DNA of 64,000 nt from an uncultured Candidatus Saccharibacteria bacterium (GTDB taxonomy: Bacteria > Patescibacteriota > Minisyncoccia > Phycocordibacterales > CSBR16-119): NCBI GenBank assembly GCA_964557535.1, contig CAZLAD010000001.1, forward strand, positions 58,482 through 122,481, read 5' to 3'. Shown here one piece after another: positions 16,281-26,149 of the stretch. The notes below the pieces were generated by a model. The model was not told the origin of the DNA. It did not search any database and saw nothing but the letters and a program-made list of their open reading frames with translations. The stretch's first letter is position 1. Every line of letters starts with the position of its first letter. A program made the translations under genes and the position numbers.

Positions 16281-17528
16281 ATGGAATTTTTTGCAATGTT
16301 TTCTGAACCACTTTTACCGAAGGTTTTTTCTATGCTTACTAAAGCCCTACTTTATCTTTCTCCCATTATTTTAATTTTCGTGGGTTGGCATCTGTGGGTT
16401 AGACATCGAAATGCCGAATGGATATCTGAGCTTAAATGGGTATTACTTGAAATAAAAGTGCCCAAAGATATTTACAAAACTCCGCGTGCGATGGAGATAG
16501 CCCTTGGCAATGCATTGTCCCAGACCGGGGGCATAGGCACACGATACAAGAAATATTGGGAGGGTAGGGTACTTTTTTGGTTTTCTCTGGAGATAATTTC
16601 TATTGAAGGGGAAATTCGTTTTTTGATTCGAACTCCTAAAAATTTTCAAAACATAATTCAGTCACAAATTTATGCCCAATATCCTCAAGCAGAAATATTT
16701 GAGGTGCCGGATTATACTTTGGATGTTTTGCGTTCCATGCAGGAAGAAGAATGGGGTATGTGGGGTTGTGAACAACATCTTAAAAAACCCGATGCTTATC
16801 CAATAAGAACATATTCGGATTTTGGTTTGGATAAAGCCACCACCAAAATCGAAGAAGAGGCCGGACTTATAGATCCGATCGTCTCACAAATTGAATGGAT
16901 GGGAACAATGGGAAAGGGCGAGCATTTTTGGATGCAAATACTCGTTCGATCTACAAAAGATAGTTATATCAATCCTTATTCTCTCATACCTAAAACAGAA
17001 GACTGGAAAGACAAAGCCAAGAGGGAAATGGAAAAAATCAAAGCAAAATATGACGGCGCTGACGCGATAGATAAACTTGGCAAGGCTTTGAAAATGTCCA
17101 AAGCCGAACAAGAAGTAATAAATGCCATTGAACGAAGTCTAGACAAGCCAGCTTTTGACGTTGGAATCAGGACTTTGTATGTGGCCAAAAAAGATAATTT
17201 CCGCCCAGAACATATTGCTGGCCTGGTCGGGTTTATGAGACCATATGGTTCGAACAATTTAAATAGTTTTAAAATTGCCAATGAAACTGATTTTGACAAT
17301 CCGTGGGAAGATATATCTGGAGACGGTAAAATTGGCAAGAAACTAGATATGTTGAGAGCATATGTCGAACGAGGTTATTTTTATCCGCCTTTCAAGGGGC
17401 AATACTATGTTTTGACTGCCGAAGAATTGGCCACGATTTATCACTTTCCAGGACGAGTATCCACGACTCCGACATTCAAACGCATCGAGTCTAAAAAGTC
17501 CGAACCGCCAGTCAATTTACCGCTTTAA
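16281..17528 (+). CDS. Hypothetical membrane-anchored protein (about 415 aa)
   Basis: N-terminal TM (ALLYLSPIILIFVGWHLWV) followed by a large soluble domain with a conserved-looking C-terminus (LTAEELATIYHFPG). No recognisable family. The start is chosen after the -10; the ORF track gives 16260. Confidence 0.55.
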   Translation: MEFFAMFSEPLLPKVFSMLTKALLYLSPIILIFVGWHLWVRHRNAEWISELKWVLLEIKVPKDIYKTPRAMEIALGNALSQTGGIGTRYKKYWEGRVLFWFSLEIISIEGEIRFLIRTPKNFQNIIQSQIYAQYPQAEIFEVPDYTLDVLRSMQEEEWGMWGCEQHLKKPDAYPIRTYSDFGLDKATTKIEEEAGLIDPIVSQIEWMGTMGKGEHFWMQILVRSTKDSYINPYSLIPKTEDWKDKAKREMEKIKAKYDGADAIDKLGKALKMSKAEQEVINAIERSLDKPAFDVGIRTLYVAKKDNFRPEHIAGLVGFMRPYGSNNLNSFKIANETDFDNPWEDISGDGKIGKKLDMLRAYVERGYFYPPFKGQYYVLTAEELATIYHFPGRVSTTPTFKRIESKKSEPPVNLPL

Positions 17529-17531
17529 TTT

Positions 17532-18527
17532 ATGTACGAATTTTATACAGAAGACGAACAGTATAAAACTGCTCGAAAACCCAACTGGAAAACTATCATT
17601 TTATTGTCTCTAGTGACGGGCGTTTTGATCTTTGGTGGTTTTTCTATATCTTCCCCAAGAGATTTTCCAACAGACAAAGTGATAACCATCAGAAGTGGTT
17701 CATCTTTGGATGCTATTGCCAAACAGTTCGAGGAGGCTGGAGTTGTGAAGTCTGCGGGAATTTTCAAGACTTTCGTCGTCGCGCTTACCAGTGATAGAAA
17801 TATTTCTGACGGGGATTATCTATTTAATCGACGTTTAAATGCATGGCAGATCGCTGAACGGTTGGCGTTTGGTCGGTTTGGAGTTGAGAAAATCACGATA
17901 ACTTTGTTCGAAGGATTGTCGAACAAGGAAATGTCAGAAATTCTGGCGAGTAAACTCGAATCATTTAATCAAGAAGAATTTCTATATCTTACAAAAAATT
18001 TAGAAGGGTATATGTTTCCTGATACATACTACTTTTTCGGATCGGCTACGGCCGTAGATGTGGTCAAAGCCATGCGAGATAATTTTAATAAAAAGGTTAC
18101 CGAGGGTTTACGAGAAGAAATTGAATCATCAGACAAAACCATGGATGAAATCATAACAATGGCATCTATTATCCAAGACGAAGCGCACGACGGATATACC
18201 GAGAAGCAGATGATTTCTGGAATACTTTGGAAAAGAATCAAAATGGGGATGCTTCTACAAGTTGATGCCAGTTTACGTTATGCAAACGGCAAAGACTCAA
18301 AAAGCCTCACGTTGAAAGATTTAGCCGAAGATCATCCTTACAATACTTATGTGCACAAAGGTCTGCCACCGACACCTATTGGCAATCCTGGCGTTGACGC
18401 GATAAGAGCCGCCATGAATCCCGTAGAATCACCATATTTGTTTTATTTACATGATAAAAATGCTAAGATTCACTACGCCAAAAATTACACAGAACACAAA
18501 CAAAACATTGCTAAATACTTAAAATAA
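17532..18527 (+). CDS. mltG: Endolytic murein transglycosylase MltG (YceG-like)
   Basis: N-terminal TM, and a YceG domain with the ASIIQDEA motif and a C-terminal NTYV..GLPPTPIGNPG region. Confidence 0.85.
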   Translation: MYEFYTEDEQYKTARKPNWKTIILLSLVTGVLIFGGFSISSPRDFPTDKVITIRSGSSLDAIAKQFEEAGVVKSAGIFKTFVVALTSDRNISDGDYLFNRRLNAWQIAERLAFGRFGVEKITITLFEGLSNKEMSEILASKLESFNQEEFLYLTKNLEGYMFPDTYYFFGSATAVDVVKAMRDNFNKKVTEGLREEIESSDKTMDEIITMASIIQDEAHDGYTEKQMISGILWKRIKMGMLLQVDASLRYANGKDSKSLTLKDLAEDHPYNTYVHKGLPPTPIGNPGVDAIRAAMNPVESPYLFYLHDKNAKIHYAKNYTEHKQNIAKYLK

Positions 18528-19072
18528 TGAACAAAGAAGATTTAATTTTTGTAGACATTGAAACAACCGGTTTTGATCCGGAGAAACACGAGATCATTGA
18601 GCTCGCGTACATCCTCGTTCGTCAGAAAGGTGGAGAAGGCAAAGAGTTTGAAATAATCGAAGAGAGAGAATTCCGTATAAAGCCAGAACATATTGAAACC
18701 GCCGAACCCCAAGCCTTGAAAGTAAATGGATATGACGAAGGTCAGTGGCTTTTTGCGAACAGCTTGGCTGAAGTCATGAAAGTTTTTGCTGAGAAGTCAA
18801 AGGGTGCGGTGTTTTTGTCTCACAATGTAACGTTTGATTATTCATTTATTGAAAGAGCTTTTACAAAAACTGGTATCAAAAATGAAATGTTCTATGCCAA
18901 AATGGATACTATTTCCATCGCCTACGCCAAACTTCATGCCAATAAACACATTGAGCGATTCGCTCTCCAAAAGCTGTGTGAATTTTTCGGTATCGAAAAC
19001 ACTCGGGCACATTCCGCTCTCGCTGACACTCGCGCTTTGTTCGAAATCTACAAAAAATTGATGCAATTGTAA
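18527..19072 (+). CDS. DEDDh 3'-5' exonuclease (DnaQ/epsilon-like)
   Basis: Exo I IFVDIETTGFD, Exo II FLSHNVTFDYSFI, Exo III HSALADTRALFEIY. Confidence 0.8.
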   Translation: MNKEDLIFVDIETTGFDPEKHEIIELAYILVRQKGGEGKEFEIIEEREFRIKPEHIETAEPQALKVNGYDEGQWLFANSLAEVMKVFAEKSKGAVFLSHNVTFDYSFIERAFTKTGIKNEMFYAKMDTISIAYAKLHANKHIERFALQKLCEFFGIENTRAHSALADTRALFEIYKKLMQL

Positions 19073-19116
19073 TTCGCCAAAAATCTGTTAGTATTGTCGG
19101 CAAAACCACCACCGCC

Positions 19117-19788
19117 ATGACCAGCGAAAGCTACGAGAAACTCTGCGTGCTCTTGCTGAAAGAGAGACGCGCCCTCGAAGAATCTTTGGGCCGATCGATG
19201 GGACGTTTCGGTCTCATTATGGACGAGCTCGAGGTTACGTTCGTTACCTGGAACTGGATAAGAATTTCTTTCACGGCTAGCATCGTGGGTAAGGGTTCCA
19301 GTAAGCTCTCTTTCATGTTCGTGCCTTCTCCAGCCATGAAAAGTAAGGCGGTCGTTCGTACGCAAGTTGGATCACCCCACTTCGTGATGGGCGCTGACTG
19401 TGAACCGAAGGACCTCTTACTTGCCATCCGTCGCGATGTGTCGTACTCCTACGTAGGTTATCGTGCCGAACGTCTGGCTGTCCGATACTTCGAGAAGCTT
19501 GCCAAGACCTATCCACACATTCTGTCTGTGCGATTGGCTACGCTAGAAGAAGACGCCAAGCGTATGGACGTGATCGTTCGTGCGCGATTCCCGGGATTTC
19601 CAGAGACCGATGTGCCAATACAGATCAAATCAAGAGAGAGGGAACAGAAATACCATCGTGCCGACAAAGAGAAGGCGGGAGTTCCTTCAATTCTTATGCC
19701 CAGGAAGGTCTCGTTTGATCGACTCTGTCCGGGGATGAAAGGAATTCTGCGAGCCTTTGTTTGCAAGGGGCAGGCAATGCACATCTGA
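19117..19788 (+). CDS. Hypothetical protein (223 aa) in a GC-elevated islet
   Basis: About 52% GC. Coherent ORF with a downstream terminator. No recognisable motifs. Confidence 0.45.
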   Translation: MTSESYEKLCVLLLKERRALEESLGRSMGRFGLIMDELEVTFVTWNWIRISFTASIVGKGSSKLSFMFVPSPAMKSKAVVRTQVGSPHFVMGADCEPKDLLLAIRRDVSYSYVGYRAERLAVRYFEKLAKTYPHILSVRLATLEEDAKRMDVIVRARFPGFPETDVPIQIKSREREQKYHRADKEKAGVPSILMPRKVSFDRLCPGMKGILRAFVCKGQAMHI

Positions 19789-19800
19789 GCTGTAGCAACG

Positions 19801-19840
19801 GCTCACCAATGACCTTGGTGAGCTTTGCTTTTTATTGTTT
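19801..19840 (+). terminator. Rho-independent terminator
   Basis: Stem GCTCACCAA/TTGGTGAGC with loop TGACC, followed by TTTGCTTTTTATTGTTT. Confidence 0.75.
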
Positions 19841-19860
19841 TTGTTTTAGATTATCTTTAC

Positions 19861-20910
19861 ATGCATAAGTTCAAGACGGTATTTGTCGGTGTCTCGGGCG
19901 GAGTCGATAGCTCCGTTTCTTTGGCGTTGCTTAAAGAACAGGGGTTCAATGTCGTTGGGTGTTTTATCAAGACCTGGCAACCGGATTTTATAACTTGTAC
20001 TTGGCGTGAAGAACGTCGCGATGCCATGCGTGTCTGTGCTGCACTTGATGTGCCTTTTATAACTATTGATGCTGAAAAAGAATACAAAGAGTTGGTGGGG
20101 GAATATTTTATAAATGAATACCGCGCCGGTCGCACGCCAAATCCAGACGTAATGTGCAACAAAGAAATAAAATTCGGAGTATTTTTAAAATACGCCCTGG
20201 CACATGGAGCTGACTTTGTGGCAACGGGCCATTATGCAATTTCTAAAGAAGGCCAACTTTTTGCTGGCATAGATAAAACGAAAGACCAGAGTTACTTTTT
20301 GTGGACTTTAAAAAAAGATCAAATAGAAAAAATAATTTTCCCAGTTGGGAATTTACAAAAATCCGAAGTTCGAAAATTGGCCGACAAATATAACTTACCG
20401 ACCGCGACAAAAAAAGATTCTCAGGGCGTGTGTTTCCTTGGGCCAATCGATATGAAAGAATTTTTGGCACATTATATCCCGAAAAAAGTTGGCGACGTCT
20501 TAAATATCTCGGGCGAAGTTATCGGAACTCACGACGGAGCGCTCTTTTTCACACTGGGCGAACGCCACGGATTTACGATTACGAAAAAGGGAAATGATGA
20601 CGAGCGACTGTATGTTGTTGATCGGGACTTGAACAAAAACACGATTACGGTTTCAAGCAATACGATTAGAGGTCGGACCTCTAATCGTGGAGAGAAAATA
20701 AAAATCGAAAATATAAATTGGATTTCGGGTGTTGGGCCGGAGCCGACCAAGAAACTTGGGGCCCGGATTCGCTATCAGCAACCGTTACAATCATGTCGAA
20801 TCGAAAACGACGTCGTGATTTTTGACGAGCCGCAAATTGCTGTTAGTTCAGGACAGTCAATCGTCATATACGACGATGAAAAAGTTCTCGGAGGAGGAAT
20901 TATTGCTTAA
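19861..20910 (+). CDS. mnmA: tRNA-specific 2-thiouridylase MnmA
   Basis: PP-loop VGVSGGVDSSV, catalytic Cys region and a C-terminal barrel. The start is chosen at MHKFKTV; the ORF track gives 19825. Confidence 0.9.
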   Translation: MHKFKTVFVGVSGGVDSSVSLALLKEQGFNVVGCFIKTWQPDFITCTWREERRDAMRVCAALDVPFITIDAEKEYKELVGEYFINEYRAGRTPNPDVMCNKEIKFGVFLKYALAHGADFVATGHYAISKEGQLFAGIDKTKDQSYFLWTLKKDQIEKIIFPVGNLQKSEVRKLADKYNLPTATKKDSQGVCFLGPIDMKEFLAHYIPKKVGDVLNISGEVIGTHDGALFFTLGERHGFTITKKGNDDERLYVVDRDLNKNTITVSSNTIRGRTSNRGEKIKIENINWISGVGPEPTKKLGARIRYQQPLQSCRIENDVVIFDEPQIAVSSGQSIVIYDDEKVLGGGIIA

Positions 20911-20970
20911 TTGACTCTTAAAATTACACGTGGTATAAGTTGGTAAACATAACCCCTAAACCCCGAAGTC

Positions 20971-21360
20971 ATGAAAGAATATCTGGATCGGCTTGAGGGT
21001 ATAGACTTGCCCCTCGCCATCAAGGAAAATGACCTGATTCCGCAACTCGTTGATATCGGTATTGAAGCCAGGCGTATAGTGCTGGCTTGTGCTGATCGTC
21101 ACTTTTACTATAAAAGCGACGGCGGACACTTTCTTCCGGCCATTACTCATCTGAAGCCGGTTTACAATGGAAGCGGTAATCTCTCCGCGATCTTACGCCG
21201 AGACTATCCGCCATCATACGATGATGCTGTCGCGAGTTTAGAAGACATACTGAGCGACGGAGTTGGTAAGAAGGTTTACGTCAGAGTTGACCTGAGTGTT
21301 TCTGGCAGAAGCGTCGCCGTGCAGGTGTACGTTTATGTCGGCGTATGGGCCAAGAAGTAG
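20971..21360 (+). CDS. Hypothetical protein (129 aa)
   Basis: Coherent ORF with slightly elevated GC and no motifs. Its 3' end lies upstream of the alaS promoter. Confidence 0.4.
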   Translation: MKEYLDRLEGIDLPLAIKENDLIPQLVDIGIEARRIVLACADRHFYYKSDGGHFLPAITHLKPVYNGSGNLSAILRRDYPPSYDDAVASLEDILSDGVGKKVYVRVDLSVSGRSVAVQVYVYVGVWAKK

Positions 21361-21436
21361 CTCTCTCGAACGACGGCCACAAAGGCCAAGTGAGACAGCC
21401 CCGGGCAGGGGGCTTTTTCATTTCCTGTATTTCCGC

Positions 21437-21442
21437 TATACT
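21437..21442 (+). promoter_or_regulatory. -10 TATACT 7 nt upstream of the alaS ATG (leaderless)
   Basis: gcTATACT, then ttcactc, then ATG at 21450. Confidence 0.45.
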
Positions 21443-21449
21443 TTCACTC

Positions 21450-23168
21450 ATGACAAGCAACGAAATTCGCAATAGATTTCTAAAATTCTTTGAATCAAAA
21501 GGCCACACAATTTTGCCTTCGGCTTCTCTTGTGCCTCAGGGCGATTCCTCGGTCCTATTTACGACGGCTGGTATGCAACCACTCGTGCCGTATCTTTTGG
21601 GTGAGAAGCATCCCGGTGGAACACGTTTGGCAAGTGTCCAGAAATGTTTGCGCACGGGCGACATCGACGACATAGGAGACAATCGTCACCTAACATTTTT
21701 TGAAATGCTCGGGAACTGGTCATTGGGAGACTATTTCAAAGATGAATCAATTGCTTGGAGTTATGAATTTTTGACGGACAAGAATGTTGGACTCGGGCTT
21801 GATCCGACGCGGCTTTATATCACATGTTTTGAGGGTGATGCCAATGCGCCTCGCGATCTCGAATCTGCTGAACTTTGGAAGAAATCTGGAATTCCCGAAT
21901 CGCGAATCTATTTTTTGGGTAAAGAAGATAACTGGTGGGGACCGGGTGACAATGGCCCGTGTGGACCGGATACGGAAATCTTTTACGATGTCACTGGAAA
22001 ATGCGGGGAACTTTCGCATGAAGAATTTTTACGTGCTCAAAAAGAAGAAAAGGTGATCGAGATCTGGAACAACGTTTTCATGGAATATCGATCCGAGAAC
22101 GGCAAAGTCGTCGGCAAACTCGAACAGAAAAATGTCGACACCGGAATGGGATTGGAACGCATTACGGCGGTGGTAAATGGACTGGATAATGTTTACGAAA
22201 CAGATCTTTTCTTCGGAGAAAAAACCAAAGAAGAAAGAATTGTTGTTGATCACGTCAAAGCCGCACTTTTCTTGATTACTGACGGAATTTTGCCAGGAAA
22301 TACCGGTCAAGGCTACATCTTGCGTCGTTTGATTCGTCGGGCTGCCCGATTTTCCAAAGAACAACTCACAGAAATGATTACTAAAGTAAAAGAAATCTAT
22401 AAAGGAATTTACGATTTGGATGACAAAGGTGAAATCACTAAAGAAGAAGTTAAATTCCGCGAAACTCTGGAAAAAGGTTTGAAAGAATTTGAAAAAGGAA
22501 CTGATCCTTTTGTTTTGTTTACGACATACGGTTTTCCAATTGAATTGACGGACGAACTTGCAAAGGAGAAAGGTAGAATAATTGATCATAAAGACTTTTA
22601 TATAAAAATGAAGAACCACCAACAACTCTCCCAAACCTCGTCTGCTGGAATGTTCAAGGGAGGTCTAGCGAACCACAACGAAGCGACGATCAAACTCCAC
22701 ACTGCGCACCATTTGCTACTCGCAGCACTACAGAGTATCCTTGGTCCTGAGGTTAAACAGCGGGGAAGTAACATCACCGAAGAACGTCTGCGCATCGATT
22801 TCTCTTTTGATCGTAAAATGACTGATGAAGAAAAAGCTCGTGTCGAAAATATTGTAAACGACGCTATCCAAAAAGATTACAAAGTCGTCAGACGCGAAAT
22901 GACGAAAGATGAAGCGGAAAAAATTGGCGCCCAGATGGAATTTGGCGCGAAGTATGGTGACATGGTCTCGGTTTATTTTATTGGCGGGGAAAGGTCGGAC
23001 CTTAAAGACGTCAAAGGTCCGATCTTGAGGAGCCAAGAAAATCCTTTCAGTATCGAATTCTGCGGTGGGCCTCATGTGGAACACACGGGTCTTCTGGGTA
23101 AATTTAAAATTCAAAAAGAAGAAGCTTCTTCGGCCGGCGTTCGAAGAATAAAAGCAATTTTGGAGTAA
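21450..23168 (+). CDS. alaS: Alanyl-tRNA synthetase, short form lacking the C-terminal C-Ala domain
   Basis: Class II catalytic core (FTTAGMQP, GNWSLGDYFK), an editing domain with HxxxH...CxxxH (HTAHHLL...CGGPHV), and about 570 aa against about 870 for the canonical enzyme. The start follows the -10; the ORF track gives 21345. Confidence 0.9.
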   Translation: MTSNEIRNRFLKFFESKGHTILPSASLVPQGDSSVLFTTAGMQPLVPYLLGEKHPGGTRLASVQKCLRTGDIDDIGDNRHLTFFEMLGNWSLGDYFKDESIAWSYEFLTDKNVGLGLDPTRLYITCFEGDANAPRDLESAELWKKSGIPESRIYFLGKEDNWWGPGDNGPCGPDTEIFYDVTGKCGELSHEEFLRAQKEEKVIEIWNNVFMEYRSENGKVVGKLEQKNVDTGMGLERITAVVNGLDNVYETDLFFGEKTKEERIVVDHVKAALFLITDGILPGNTGQGYILRRLIRRAARFSKEQLTEMITKVKEIYKGIYDLDDKGEITKEEVKFRETLEKGLKEFEKGTDPFVLFTTYGFPIELTDELAKEKGRIIDHKDFYIKMKNHQQLSQTSSAGMFKGGLANHNEATIKLHTAHHLLLAALQSILGPEVKQRGSNITEERLRIDFSFDRKMTDEEKARVENIVNDAIQKDYKVVRREMTKDEAEKIGAQMEFGAKYGDMVSVYFIGGERSDLKDVKGPILRSQENPFSIEFCGGPHVEHTGLLGKFKIQKEEASSAGVRRIKAILE

Positions 23169-23176
23169 ATTTTCTT

Positions 23177-24358
23177 TTGTTTTCAAAATCTATTCTTGCT
23201 ACAATTAGACAATCTATGGGATTGTTTTCTAGTAAAATAGAAGAAGAATTTGTTGTTGTGCTAGACATTTTTTCCGGTGGAGTTTCTGGGGCGGTTGTTT
23301 TGAAAAATAGAAAAAAGTTACCACTTGTCTTGGCGACAAACACCAAAACTTTTCGCACTCGGGAGAAAATTTCACCCGACAGATTTTATCGAGAGATGAT
23401 CGAAGCAATCGATGGTGTTTGTTTGGCGTTGCAGAGCAAGACGAAGATAATACCAGCAAAAATTTATTGCATTTTATCTGTACCTTGGTCGCATGGCGAA
23501 ATCAAATCCGTTTATGTCGTGCGAGACAGAGAATTTTATTTCACTGATACTTTTGCAGAGAAAATCCTGAACGAAGAGATTTCTAAATTTCAGAAAAATA
23601 ATTCAAAGTATTCCAAAATCATTGACAAAAAAATAACAAAAATTTCTCTAAACGGCTATACCGTAAAATCTCCTCACGGACAAAAGACCAAAAGTGTTGA
23701 AATAGATTTTTTCTTGAGCGTGTCCCCAAACGCTGTCGTAGAAGCCATACAAGATAAAATCAACAAAACATTTAAATCAAAAATTTTGTTTACATCACAA
23801 ATGCTTTCTGATTATATTTTCGTCAGAAATTTTTTGCCGACAACAAAAGAATTTGCGGTTTTAAATGTTGGAGCGGAGGTTTCTGAAGTTTTGATTTCAA
23901 AAAACGAATTTTTGGTTGGCACAGCATTTTTTCCTTTTGGTACAAAAAGCATCTTACGTAAAATATCTGAGATTTTAAATAAAACCGAAGGAGAAACAGA
24001 ATCTTTGCTTCGTCTGCATGTAAGTGGCCTATTAGACGAAGATATTAGTGTCGATTTCAAAAAAGCACTAAATGTTGCTCTCGATATGTGGCAATCAGAG
24101 CTAAAACAAATATTTTTAGACATTTTGCCAAACAGACATATTCCACATCAGATATTTCTTCTCACAGATCGAGTAACTTCGGTGTGTTTGGGTGAAAGAT
24201 TTAATTTCCGGTTTTTTCCAGAATTCACAGCCGGAAGTATGGACTTTGATGTTATAATAAATGACACAAATACCCTGAGAGATTTCTATAACAAAACGGA
24301 GTACGTAACACCAGATCTAAATATTTTGATTAAAGCAATTTATATAAATCAAATTTAA
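23177..24358 (+). CDS. Hypothetical protein, possibly a divergent actin-fold ATPase (FtsA/PilM-like)
   Basis: VVVLDIFSGGVSGAVV resembles a phosphate-1 motif and LNVGAEVSEVLI...GTAFFPFGTKSI resembles a phosphate-2 or adenosine motif. The match is weak. Confidence 0.4.
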   Translation: MFSKSILATIRQSMGLFSSKIEEEFVVVLDIFSGGVSGAVVLKNRKKLPLVLATNTKTFRTREKISPDRFYREMIEAIDGVCLALQSKTKIIPAKIYCILSVPWSHGEIKSVYVVRDREFYFTDTFAEKILNEEISKFQKNNSKYSKIIDKKITKISLNGYTVKSPHGQKTKSVEIDFFLSVSPNAVVEAIQDKINKTFKSKILFTSQMLSDYIFVRNFLPTTKEFAVLNVGAEVSEVLISKNEFLVGTAFFPFGTKSILRKISEILNKTEGETESLLRLHVSGLLDEDISVDFKKALNVALDMWQSELKQIFLDILPNRHIPHQIFLLTDRVTSVCLGERFNFRFFPEFTAGSMDFDVIINDTNTLRDFYNKTEYVTPDLNILIKAIYINQI

Positions 24359-24359
24359 T

Positions 24360-25685
24360 ATGAATCGTAACTATATTCACGACATCAAACCATCGTCACG
24401 AACACAAAAACGTCGCGAGGCTTTGGCGTTGGAGGAAAGTTTGCGTTTAAAGAAACTCTCAGGGGCGCGACCTCGTGCGCGTGTTGCCAAACATGAATAC
24501 GAAGACTACGGCATGCAAAAAGATTCTTCTGGTCGTGGTGTTTGGTATGTCGCCGGACTTGCGATTATAATTTTGGTTTTTGCGCTCACGTATGTTTTTG
24601 CTGGTGCGACCGTATATATAACTCCACGAGAAGGTTCTGTTGAGCTAACAGGGCCGTTACTTGCTGAAAAAGTACCTCAGGACGGTCTCGGATTTCAGAT
24701 GTTGGTTATCGAAGACACCGCTTCTGCGACAGTTGCCGCCTCGGGAACATCATATGTCGAGAAAAAGGCTACTGGTACTGTTAGACTTTTTAATAATCAC
24801 AGCACTTCTCCACAAAAACTTTTAATCGACACGAGACTCGTGGCGCCAAATGGAAATATTTACAAAACCAAAGTCGCCACAACTATTCCAGGACAGAAAA
24901 TGGTTTCTGGTAAACTTACTCCTGGTACGGTGGATGTAGAGGTCTACGCCGACGAATCAGGAGAAAATTACAATGCCAAAGATTTAGATTTAAAAATACT
25001 TGGATTCAAAGGTGGTCCAAAATACGAAACCATTTATGCTCGCACGACGACCGAAATAAAAGGTGGTTTCAAGGGAGAATCTTCAAATATTTCTGAAGAA
25101 GAGTTAGAAAATCAAACAGAAGTTTTGCGAACACAACTCTCAAAATCTCTTATAGAGAAAGCGCGAGCACAGTTACCAGAAAGTTTTGTCATGTATGATA
25201 AAGTCACGGTAATTAATTTTGATGAACCAGCAATTTCGACATCACTTGATGGGTCTGGCGCAGAGATAAAACAGCGAGCTGTTATGAACGCGATTCTTTT
25301 CAAAGAATCAGATTTAACCAAAGCGCTCGTTTCTGGGGTTGTGGCTGATGACGACAAAGAAAAAGTCGCAGTTTCAAATATTCGAGATTTAAATATCGAA
25401 TTAGATCCGGCTTATAAGATTGGCGATCCGTCGACAATGCAGAGTATAAAAATCATCATAAATGACAAAGTAAACGTTGTTTGGCTGGTTGATTATGATG
25501 AATTAAAAACTGTACTTGCTGGAACAAAGAAAAGGGAATTTGAATCTAAAATGCTTCAATTTAAAAATATCGACAAGACAGAACTTAGTTTGAAACCATT
25601 TTGGAAGAGTCGTTTACCAGAAAAACTAAACGCGATAAATATAGTCAATACTTTGGACAAAGAATCCGCATTGACCAACGAATAA
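24360..25685 (+). CDS. Hypothetical membrane-anchored protein (441 aa)
   Basis: N-terminal basic segment, a single TM (VWYVAGLAIIILVFALTYVFAG), and a large extracytoplasmic domain. Immediately follows the previous gene. Confidence 0.5.
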   Translation: MNRNYIHDIKPSSRTQKRREALALEESLRLKKLSGARPRARVAKHEYEDYGMQKDSSGRGVWYVAGLAIIILVFALTYVFAGATVYITPREGSVELTGPLLAEKVPQDGLGFQMLVIEDTASATVAASGTSYVEKKATGTVRLFNNHSTSPQKLLIDTRLVAPNGNIYKTKVATTIPGQKMVSGKLTPGTVDVEVYADESGENYNAKDLDLKILGFKGGPKYETIYARTTTEIKGGFKGESSNISEEELENQTEVLRTQLSKSLIEKARAQLPESFVMYDKVTVINFDEPAISTSLDGSGAEIKQRAVMNAILFKESDLTKALVSGVVADDDKEKVAVSNIRDLNIELDPAYKIGDPSTMQSIKIIINDKVNVVWLVDYDELKTVLAGTKKREFESKMLQFKNIDKTELSLKPFWKSRLPEKLNAINIVNTLDKESALTNE

Positions 25686-25712
25686 TTTACTGATATTATT
25701 TGACCGCTGAAA

Positions 25713-25931
25713 ATGAGTGAAAATAATCAAGCGAAAATAATCACGGGTACTGTATTGGAATCACTTCCTAATACTACTTTTCGGGTTGAATCTGACGATG
25801 GTGCCAAAATTATTTTGGCATATTTGTCTGGTAAAATGCGCAAATTTAGGATCAAGATTATGATAGGTGACAGGGTCGAAGTTGTTACCGATGAGGCCCA
25901 AGAAAAGGGACGCATCTCAAGGAGGCTGTAA
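25713..25931 (+). CDS. infA: Translation initiation factor IF-1
   Basis: S1-like fold: IITGTVLESLPNTTFRVESDDGAKIILAYLSGKMRKFRIKIMIGDRVEV. Confidence 0.9.
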   Translation: MSENNQAKIITGTVLESLPNTTFRVESDDGAKIILAYLSGKMRKFRIKIMIGDRVEVVTDEAQEKGRISRRL

Positions 25932-25942
25932 GAGAGTAAAAG

Positions 25943-26083
25943 GGGGGCTTGCCCACACACCAAGTTAAAACGAAAATCGCCAGATAGCCCAATGTTAATT
26001 TATTACCCTAAAGCATAAAACCACTTCCAGAAATCATTAACTTGGTGTGAGGGCTTGCGTTAATTTTTGATTTGGGTTAGTAT
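25943..26083 (+). repeat. Structured intergenic element A (GGGGGCTTGCCC + long-range IR + GGGCTTGC/-35 + -10) between infA and rpmJ
   Basis: GGGGGGCTTGCCC at 25943-25955. IR CCACACACCAAGTT (25953-25966) and AACTTGGTGTGAGG (26039-26052) with one mismatch. Then GGGCTTGCGT containing a -35 TTGCGT (26055-60), a 17-nt spacer, and TAGTAT (26078-83). It is a homolog of element B at 39980-40151. Confidence 0.65.
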
Positions 26084-26149
26084 ATAAACCTATATTAAGG
26101 GTTACACCTTAATTTTAAATTTTAGGCCTAAAACCTTTTAATAAAGAAC

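Noticed and set aside
21345-21449. N-terminal extension of alaS from the upstream ATG at 21345 (ORF-track start)
   Set aside because: The conserved AlaRS N-terminus begins at MTSNEIRNRF (21450) and a -10 hexamer sits 7 nt upstream. The extension overlaps the 3' end of the 20971..21360 ORF.
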